A stretch of 63,568 nucleotides of DNA, filler included, from Platydemus manokwari (taxonomy: Eukaryota), in NCBI GenBank assembly GCA_037951405.1. It is 6 parts of 6 records of this genome, joined end to end, with 100 filler letters (N's around TTAATTAATTAA, not from the genome) between each part and the next. Parts side by side here need not be neighbours in the genome. Positions count along the whole stretch, not along the records: positions 53,851 to 63,568 come from JBBMOY011213544.1; 5 more parts are not named here. One strand, written 5' to 3'. This document shows positions 53,751-63,568 of the stretch, piece after piece. Numbering within the stretch: position 1 is the stretch's first letter; each line of letters opens with the position of its first letter. Position numbers and translations under genes: made by a program. The notes under the pieces were generated by a model, which saw only the letters and a program-made list of their open reading frames with translations, was not told the DNA's origin and made no database searches.

Positions 53751-53850
53751 NNNNNNNNNNNNNNNNNNNNNNNNNNNNNNNNNNNNNNNNNNNNTTAATT
53801 AATTAANNNNNNNNNNNNNNNNNNNNNNNNNNNNNNNNNNNNNNNNNNNN
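53751..53850. other. Assembly linker/gap
   Basis: N44-TTAATTAATTAA-N44. Confidence 0.99.
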
Positions 53851-53955
53851 ATCTGCAAATGGAAAATATTTTGATTGAATTTCATTAAATAAATATTTTA
53901 AAAAATGTTTTTGTTTTTAAAAAAAAATGCCGGAATCATACTAATACACCTAATA
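53851..53955 (-). mobile_element. End of the mariner-like element/MITE, reverse orientation
   Basis: Reverse complement of the 32782 repeat; ends ...CCGGAATCATACTAATACACCTAA|TA. Confidence 0.7.
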
Positions 53956-56900
53956 CAAGTCTGAGTTTTTGTACATTATATCAAGAAAAGATAAGAGTAA
54001 AAACAGCATGCACAAAATATATAATATGAATTCAATATCTCCAGATTATTGTCACATTGTTAATTGGACTTTTCAACACTGATTTCAGCCCCAACATATT
54101 TATTATTAGTTGAAATGAATGTTCGCTATTTTATGTTGAGCCGATCTTGAATATAACTTTATTTAAACTCACGATGTTGGAGTTTTTAAGATTTATCTCT
54201 AGCATTGTCGCGATTGAAGTTCTGAATGTAACAATAAATGACACAACTTGTAACAATCATTTACGAACAATGAAAAACTATATAAGAAACTATATAAAGA
54301 AACCACTAAAGCCGTTATATTTGTTCAAAGCCATTGTTACGAGATACCAAGAAACCATTGGTCTGCGACGTCAATATTTGTCATTTGCCATAAAAGCCAT
54401 TGTCAGTTAATAACGTAAGTCAGATAATATATAAACTACTGATCATTATTATATACTTATCGTTTATCATTTTATTATCGAGCTTTGACTCAAAAACCCC
54501 TATTGAAGGTAATTGGTTTTGCTGCAAGAGTGTCGAGTTAATCAATCGACATCTTAATTCCAGAATTCATTAGGATATTCGTTTTAGGTTCAATTTTTAT
54601 TCGTTGTATAATTCGTTGTATCATAAAAATCATTTTTAAACTTTTTATTTAATTTGGTATTTAAATTATGGTATTAATAAAAGTTAGTGTATTCAGCTCG
54701 TGCTCATTGATCAAGAATAGCAGTAGTTTTGAGTATAATAATTGTTGTTGAGACTGATAATTAAAAAATAAATTTTATAGATTATAGTTGCAGTATATAT
54801 TGTCATCATACGCGAGGCGAAGATAAACATTAACAATAAGGTTTAATAGATTGTACCTTGGGTTTGTAATAGAACCATGTGAGATTGATAAAGTTGGCTG
54901 TGATTTATCCCAATATTAAAATAAATTGAGAGATATTGATTGATAGAAGTAATAAAAAATAAACCAACAAACCCGAAACACATCAATACTATTGCATTGG
55001 AATTACAACATGGAATCATGTACGATTGAAAGGCATAACTTCAGAAATAAAGAAAATTAATTGTTCGAGAAATTCAAATATCCATACTGTAAACTTTTAC
55101 GGTGTTAAAATAAATATAAAACCAACGGCGAGCACGTATATCGAATTTTGTCGAATAAAAATTGGTCTGAGTTATTGTATTTAAAAATTTGGTGAGTTTT
55201 TTATTCTGAGCTATTTGATTTCAAGGTTTTCTAGTTTATTGATTCAATTATTAATTTCTGAATTTTTTAAGTTTATTTATTATATTACCACGGTGATTTA
55301 AATGAAATCTCCATTGTTTTACCATGGTAACATGTTTTTAAAATTTTAATAAATGATAATTTTTGTGTTTTTGTATTTCATGATACAAAATAAGTTCCCA
55401 TATGAGAAAAAAGCAATAAATTTTAGTGTCATGGTAATGAAAAATAAATAAAGAGAAAACAAGTGCTCGTACCAAATTTCAAGAATAAATACTGTGTTTC
55501 AATTCACTGAAAACACAAAATAAAAACAAAAAATAATTATTTAAAATGCAAAAAAATAAATAAAATTAAATGATAATTAAAGATAATTAATAATATTGAT
55601 GATGGTTGCTACTTCAGTTAAAGATAGAGATTCTTTAAAGGTATTCACTAAGATGATTTTTGTAATTTTTATGATTTTAAAAAAATTACAGAATTTTTCA
55701 ACAAATAAAAATCTATTTCAGAGAGCTTCTTTAACTGTCAGTATTAATCAGACATATAAATATTAATATTGTTAGCCGCTACTATTTTAAAAACCCACAC
55801 ATTAAAAACCAATCGAAAAGTCAAGACAGTAAATCTATTTAAACACAAATATTAAAACAAATAAATCTAATTGTATATTGATATGATTTTTTATAAATAA
55901 TGGAATTACATCTAAATAAAATTTGAATAAAATGTGAATTAAAAATTGTTTTGAATTAAATTTAAATTTAAAATTTAATTCATATAAAAAATCTCACAAA
56001 TATATTTAAATTATTTAAAAAATCACTTCATATTACATTTTAAATAATTTAATAAAATTTAAAAACATTTTTTTCCTTTCAAGATTATTAATAATTTTAT
56101 TATTAAAATTTCTTCCTTGAAATTTTCCTCACAAATATTACAAAAAATAATAACACCATTCTAGAAATAAAATAATAATATCAACATATTAATTATAAAG
56201 AATGTTATTGAAATGCAATAATAAATTATAATATTTTAAAGGTTAATAACAATAATTAGTAATGATAAATATCAAAAGAAAATTATATTAAAATATAAGG
56301 TCAAAACATGATGGAAATATATTAAAAATAATAAAGGTTATGTTGATTAAGGAATATAAACACAATGAAGCACGCAGAAGGGATGTACACTGAAGTTTAG
56401 ATTTAAAAAACTCTTTTTAGATATTTTTTAAATAGCGTTTCAATGGGTCCAGTTAACCAATGCAATATTTATGTTTTTGTGCATTTTATTCCGCTTTGTA
56501 TTAACTGTAAAGTATCTGTAAAAGTGTTTTTTATTAAAGTTAGTAAACCACTAATTGGTATCGTAATATAGAGACGTGACTGATACTGAATTTTGTGATA
56601 ATAACCAAATGTATTTCTCTGCTGATATTTCCATGAGAATCCCTGGATTGTGTTCTAGTTTGAAAAAGTATAAATAATTTTTAAATCAAACTTGTATCCT
56701 ACATTATGGATTCTTAGTACAAGTTTTGATTTAAATATATCTTTATAACCAAAGTTGTGGCTGTTTGATTCTGATCTATGTCATGTAATAAGTCAGACAG
56801 AGAGATAACGTCAACGTTGGTTTAAATTAGGCTAAAATTCCAAAGATGATAAAGTAAAAACATTACAATGAAATAAAATTAATTAACAAAATCAAAGTAA

Positions 56901-57449
56901 TTGAGAGAAAAGTGAATTATTTGCGGTTTTGGTTATCGTAAAATAGCAATTTTTCACTCCTTAATTTCCCATATATTTGTTTTTTTCTTGTTCAAAACGT
57001 TGTACTTACCTATTAAAAAGGTAGATAACTTTTTCGACATAATAATTGAGCGTAATTTCGTTTGTTCGCCCAAGATACATATGATACTAGAATTCATCTG
57101 ACAAATCTCGTACAAGCTGGTGTATATCCATTCTTAAAGTCTCAATAATGCGACTATCATCAATATGCCTCTTCAAATAACTTTTCACTTTATTTTGTAT
57201 TTATATAAATTCATTTTATTATTAATAAGGTTGGGTATCCATGGCATTTTGTTGCTTATAACTGCTGATCGGCTCTTTCGTAGGTGATTTCAATGAAAAT
57301 AATTCCCAATCTTACAATTGAGCAAAATGAAACATAAGATTATGGTTGCATATCCTTAAATTATATGTACTCATTATTTACAATCATCATCGTTATATTT
57401 TATGTATGAATAGAATAAATTTAAGTTTATAAATTATTGATTAAAGATA

Positions 57450-59240
57450 ATGATTATTATTAAAATAATACCATCGTTGCATGGTTACACTAATGTTTGG
57501 ATTTGGTTGAAAATTATAAAAGTAATATTCCTTGGTGCTAATTGCGGTGCTAATTGTTATATTATTTGAATGTTTATTGTGATATTGCTTTGATTACACA
57601 ATCACTAATTCAGTATAGACTCCATTTTGTGTAATGAGCTTGTTCCTTCTGACATTGAGCTAGACCTTTTCCCGATTCTCTCACTCTTTCTTCCATTAGG
57701 ACAATATAGTCTTCGATATACATGCATTGACATATTTTTGGTTTCAATGACCAAGTCAAATGGCATGTTGATCTTGCGCATGATACATAAAGGGTGCATG
57801 CCTGTGGTTTACATAAGATGGCAGAATATTAAGTAATGTGTCACTAATGTGATCTTTTAATTATTTGGTTTGCGCATGATATGGTGAAGTATTAAGTTAA
57901 GAAAATTATTGACTTCTCTTAAAAATTTGCTTCTTATTTTTGTCTTTCGATTGGTAAGCATCAATTATTTAAGGATTATTTTTGGAACACTATATTCTCT
58001 GGACATACTTTAATTATCATTCTGTCTGTATAATTCGATATAAGATATGCTTCAGACCAATAAGCAAGATTGTGATAAAAAGTAGGATGGATTTATTTTT
58101 ATTTTAGTATAAGATTTTCTTTCAGTTTGTTGGGCATTATGGTTAGTTTCCTTTATCCAATTACCTCTCTTATTTATCTTTAAATATTTTGTTCATTTAT
58201 CTAAGAGCATCCATTTGAATTTCATCTATTTCAATGACTATTGAATATGTTTTGACATTTTCTTGCTAGATTTTGGATTATTTTAAAGTCATTTTGAAAT
58301 TATTATGTTTCTTGATCTACCGTTGGTATAAACAATGTCTTTCATTTTCTGTATTATATATATAACTGAAGTGTGAGGATCCATAGAATAAGTCTTGAAA
58401 CTGCATCGATATCTTGTAGGAGTCATTCTAAGAGTTTGTGATATGTTTTAATATAGACTTTTTCGCCATTGATTAAATTCTTTTCGGGGTTTTTATTCTC
58501 AAACTGACATATATGATAGCATATTCGCTTTCGTTTTAATCAATTTGTCCTTGTATTGTTTTGATAAAATAAGCACTGGCGACAGTCATTTTTTAAAACA
58601 GTAAAGTTTGTTAAGAACTAGGCACCATATTACATGTTCTTCTATTAACTTGTCTTAATTAATTCTTTCGTAACCAAATTTTCATGAATTTTCTGTAATA
58701 AATTACTAGACCTTGAAATTTCAAAATTTTTTCTCATATTTTTAGGTGGTGGAAATCTTTAAATTTTTCTAAATAAGATTTATCTGGCTTACATAACATG
58801 TCTCAAATATTTTACTTCTTTCATTTTTGATTCGCTTGTTTTAATTTAAAGTTTTCTGATTTCATTTTTTAGGATACTTCTGTTACTTCTGAAGATCTTT
58901 ACTGAACTTATTCAAAAAGATATTACTGATATATACCATAGTATATCGTACTCTCATGAGAATAAGACAATTTTTCACTTAATTTAGTTCTTACTTATTC
59001 TTATATTTTTATTAAGTTCCTTGTACGACATTTAATTGTTTTATAACATCATACCCAATCACATAATCATTACTTGTAATCCCTACTACTTTAAATGCAA
59101 CTGTTATCTTTATTTAAATATATCTAAGTGAAAATTAAGTTCTCCTAGTATGAATAATGTATCACCATTTATTCTAATTGTTTCTGCCTTCATAAATTTA
59201 AATTGATTATCTTTCTTTATGATACAGTAAAAACATAAGT
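57450..59240 (-). mobile_element. Older, heavily decayed gypsy-like pol remnant
   Basis: Minus-strand fragments ...FKVVGITSNDYVIGYDVIKQLNV (protease C-terminus-like, near 59030-59110) and IDAVSRL (ADALSR-like RNase H end, near 58400). No long ORF. Confidence 0.45.
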
Positions 59241-59241
59241 G

Positions 59242-62200
59242 GTTTCCACCAATCTTTTATTCTATTTTCCAAAAATACATGCGTTTTCGTAATATTTAAA
59301 CAAATATCATTTTTTTTAATCTAAATTCCCTCTCTCCTTGTTTTGAGATCGTTTTTAGTCACTCATTTCTTCGAGGTTTTGATTGTCCCTGGAAATCAAG
59401 AAGTACTTGATGTGGACTTGAAAATTTCAAAGTTCTGTGAGGACCACAGTAACAATCTTAATCCCATGTGGTTTTACCTTCACTAAAACGTCTTCTCCAA
59501 CTGCGAAAATTCTACAACCACTTTACTCAGCATCGGATTTCTTTAAGTTTGTGGCTACTGATTTTAGCTGGTTTTCTGTTTCTTTGATGATCTGGTCTTG
59601 ATGGTTTGGTTCATTTAGTCGTAGCCCATGAATATTAATTCTTCGTCCGAACAATATTTCAAAAGGAGAATTTTGAATTGAACTTTGATACGTTGCATTG
59701 ACAATGAATTCTATCCGCGGTATTAATTTATGCCAAGCCTGTTTTTCTGATACCATCGTTATTACCACCATGTCTCTGACCGTCCTAATCATCCTTTTGG
59801 CTAAGCCATTTGATTGATGTTGGTATGTGGAGGTAAATTCTTGTTTTATTTCAAAACGTATTGCTAGTTCTTTCATTTCCCTTCCTTCGAAGACTCTACC
59901 CCAATCAGTGAGCATTGACTTTGAAACACCATACCTATATAGCCGTTTATCGATGATGGCCTTCGAAATACTAGTTTCGTCTTGTCGAATAAGTGGCACC
60001 AAGCTTACTAACTTACTGAATCTATCGACAATAACCAACAAATATCTGGTTTTAGTCATAAATTCCCCAAAGTGCGCAACATCAACAACGATCTGTTCCA
60101 GAGGCCCAAACTCTTCCCTGGGAATCATAATCTCTTTAGTCCGGCCAGTGTATACCTTTCTTTTAGCACAAATAACACAATTCGGTACTTCATGTCCAAT
60201 GCTTCGTGATCCCTTTCTATACTGAATTTCGAAATTGAATCCGGATAAGTTTGCAAACCATGTTTAAAACTGAGGGCCAATCGGTTTATTATTTTTCTTT
60301 ATGTATGCCAAGGTCGGAGACGCAATAACCTTTTTCATGACTGTTAAGAGTTCTAGAACCATAGGCTGCTACTCTTTCTTTTCCATTGTCATCCAGCTGG
60401 CTTAGAACGCCTCCAATCGCTCTGAAACTAGAGTCGGTGTCTAAAATCATCTCTTTGTTGGATTCGGAAAGGCCAAAATCGGAGCTATGCATAATTGTTC
60501 CTTGAGTTTTCCAAAACTTTCCTCACACTCTGTACTCCACATCAATTTCTTGTCACTTCCAGACATCATCGCATATAACGTAGCCGTAATTATTGCGTAA
60601 TCTTTGATGAATCTTCTGTAATAATTGCATAATTCTAGGAACGACCTCACCTGAGTGATGCAGCCAGGTTTTATTGCTTCTTTAATCCTCTTTAATTTAT
60701 CGTCATTAGTTTGTATACCTTCTGCACTAACCGTATGATCCAGGAAATTGATTTTCAAAACTGATGAATTAATCAACCTGAATACCTTTTCGAGTGTCTC
60801 ATTTTGTTCCTCTACCGTTCTTTCATACTCTAAAATATCCTCCAGATAAACATGAACGCCTTTGTAAGTGAAGTCCTTGAATATAGTATTCGTTAAAATA
60901 TAAAATGATGCTGGCGTGGTACATAATACAAAAGGTAGTTTGTTAAAACAGAATTGTCCAGTTTTAGTGCTGAACGTCGTTTTCATTTTAGAATATTCCT
61001 CAAGTTCAACCTAATAATATGCTTGGCCTAAATCTATCTTGGAGAAAACTGTCGCTCCATACACTGAATCCAATAAAGTTTGAATGTCAGGTACCGGAAA
61101 AGAAAACGTCTTAGTCTGTTTGTTTAATGTTCTGAAGTCTAAACACATCCTGATCGATCCATCTTTCTTAGGTGCCACGACCAAATGAGAATTCCAAGGG
61201 CTCTTGCAAGGCGTTATGACATTACTTTCCAGAAGATTTTCTATCAATTCTTGAATTTTGGTTTCTAAATTTATTGGTTGCCTTCTGGGATTTTGAGCAA
61301 TAGGTTCCCCTTTTGTACGGATTTCGTGCTTCACCAAATTTGTTAATTCCAAATCGAACCGAGAAGCCATAAAAATTGAGCCATTTTCTTTTATAATGAA
61401 ATATTTAATGAAATATTTAATGAAATATCATTCTGGTCAGCAATACTCTTCAGTGCTATTCTGATTCTTGGTCCTAAGCCTTTAGTAGAATTTCTTTGTT
61501 CCTTATTTTCCCTAGACACGATTTGTGTGTATTGGAGAATACGCCAGCCTTATCGAACATCAGAATTTTTAATCTGCGGCTCTCCAATGTGCTTCCAATT
61601 GCTCTTGTTCATTACTGTTATTGATGAACCAGAATCCTATAACATTTCAATATGTGTACCTTTGCACTCAATTTTACTCCACTGTCTACCATCTGCTTTC
61701 TGATACATCTGTGAATGCTAACTCTTATTCTTTCTGTCTTTCTTCTTTACTTCTATTCTATCTCTAACTGATATATGTCCTATTGACTCAAGCCCACTGA
61801 CGAGATAGGCACAGAAATTTGATTCCAGTTTTATTTGTCTTCCATAGAGATTGAGCTTACTCAATCACTTGTTTCACATTCACTTTGAATGTCGGCTTCA
61901 TTCTCCTCGGACTATTGTAACTAGGCTTCCTGGCTAAATGACATTCTCTGAACGAATGTCCTTCTATTTCGCATATCAAACATTTATTCCGCAGTGAACA
62001 TTCAAACTTCCGATGTCCAAACTCACCAGTGCCAAAACAAGCATCTGGTTACAAATAATAACCAGGTGTGTGGGTTTTTCTCTACAATCGTTGTAAAATT
62101 TAGAAGCAATAGCTTTCATTGATCTTGTTGGTCTCTCATTATTTGGAGATTCAGTGTGATTAACTGATGCTCGATGATAATCCTTTACACCAAAATCTTT

Positions 62201-62966
62201 ATCCTGCACGATTGGAATTGGCTTTTTGAATGACGTCTCGTTCTAAAAGGTCTTTCTTGGGTCACTTTGAAATACCGACTGAGCATAAGTCTTCCTGATA
62301 GCGTGTATGGGCTTCGTCATAGTTAACTTTTCAAAATTGACAGCTGGCTCTCTTCTTCTATCGTCCGACATTACATGGTCGAGAGTAAATGACTCTTTTA
62401 ATTTCTTGCAAATTAGATCTTGTAGAATAAATAGTCTTGAAATTTATTCAAAAGTGTTTTCTTGTCAAACACCTCCGAAACTAGCTTCTTTAATCGAAGT
62501 TCATAACTGCGATATTTTTCATCTGGCCTTTGTTGCATTGCTGCCAAATCCTGAACCTTGTCGTACACTGTTTTTGCATGTGAAAATGTTTCTCAATTTC
62601 TTCATTTGAAACAGCCTCTTTGAAAATGCTGAATTCTTGCCACAGTTGTTTGGCGTCATCTCTCAAAAGCATGTCAAATGCAAATGACAGTTCCATTTGA
62701 TTTAAATCCTTAGTTGTTTGGAACCATTTCTCAGTGTCTTGGATTGATGAATCGAATAATGAGGTTTTCGGAATTAATAATTTCTGCGTTTTTTGTGACA
62801 GATTCGCAAAAATTTTCTGCCTCTCTTCTCGTTTGGCTCTAGTCAGAGCACTAATTTCGGCGTGGTCGCCAGTAAAAAGACAACTCGTTTCCATAAATAT
62901 TTTTTCTATTTCAAAATTACACCGTTTGTTTTTCTAATATTTAAACAAATTTCATTTTTTATCTAA
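59242..62966 (-). mobile_element. Ty3/gypsy LTR retrotransposon, near full-length but inactivated (gag-RT-RNase H-integrase, PPT, short direct terminal repeats)
   Basis: Gag 62894-62490. Two knuckles ACFGTGEFGHRKFEC and CLICEIEGHSFREC near 62045-61940. RT SPWNSHLVVAPKKDGSIRMCLDFRTLN, FSKIDLGQAYY, VYLEDIL. RNase H LDTDSSFRAIGGVLSQ. Integrase VDRFSK...TDWG...QSNGLAKR. Purine tract AAGGAGAGAGGGAA at 59339-59326. Stops, frameshifts and catalytic substitutions throughout. Confidence 0.95.
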
Positions 62967-63493
62967 CTCCTAATATTTTCCATAGTTTAAAGTAATAATT
63001 ATTTATTAATGTCCAGATATCCTTTTCAAATTCACTTGTACAGTATGTTCTTAGATTTTTATTTAATTGAATATATTCATTTATTCTTTTTGAAAACACA
63101 TTATTATCCTATTTACCTTTTTTATTTTCATCCCCATTTCAAATAAATTTGTAGGTTTTTATAATGAAATACATAATTTTTGTTGGATCACAAAGTAATA
63201 ATTATAAGAAAGAAAATTTTTTTTAATTTCTTCTTTTTGTGCAATATTCATTAGAAAATTAACATCCTTCTCTCTGGAAATAAGGGAAAATCTATTGATT
63301 GCTTTTTACATTTATTTGTAAATTCAAGATCGACATCTAGAATTTTTGAATTATATGACATTCATTTTGTTAATGATTCAAACTCTTTCAAATCTTCATT
63401 TAATTCAACTATTTAATCTTGATCATCCCATTTAAAATTTTCATAAGGTTAATAGCCTATCCATTTAAATTATTGGCATCAATATATATTTAA

Positions 63494-63568
63494 TATTAGG
63501 TGTATTAGTATGATTCCGGCTTTTTTTTAAAAAACAAAAACATTTTTTAAAATATTTATTTAATGAAA
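63494..63568 (+). mobile_element. End of the mariner-like element/MITE, cut by the window end
   Basis: TA|TTAGGTGTATTAGTATGATTCCGGC..., near-identical to 32782-32875. Confidence 0.7.

Noticed and set aside
59827-62937. Plus-strand ORFs 59827-60225, 62307-62609 and 62734-62937
   Set aside because: Antisense shadows of gypsy integrase and gag.
53851-63568. Composite transposon formed by inverted repeats at both ends of the last contig
   Set aside because: The TA-flanked termini face into the contig, so these are two independent insertions that caused assembly breaks.

Overview
AT-rich eukaryotic (probably invertebrate metazoan) DNA with GT-AG introns, many only 45-75 nt. It is not one continuous locus. 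Six contigs of about 9.5-13.7 kb are joined by identical 100-nt linkers (N44-TTAATTAATTAA-N44, stops in all six frames), so adjacency across linkers is unreliable. Host genes read by eye: the last exon of a FYVE-domain gene; two paralogous intronless class-A-like 7TM receptors; the 3' halves of WDR44, RSPH10B and CFAP206; an intronless divergent AGC-type kinase; an intronless orphan ORF; and a spliced gene apparently built from four tandem ET (extra-terminal/NET) domains, one per phase-1-flanked exon, with no visible bromodomain or YEATS domain. That last gene is the strongest novelty candidate. The rest is decayed Ty3/gypsy retrotransposons, pogo/POGK-type and hAT remnants, a young mariner-like repeat sitting at contig ends, and a dispersed LTR-like promoter cassette. 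All family calls come from remembered motifs, not database searches.
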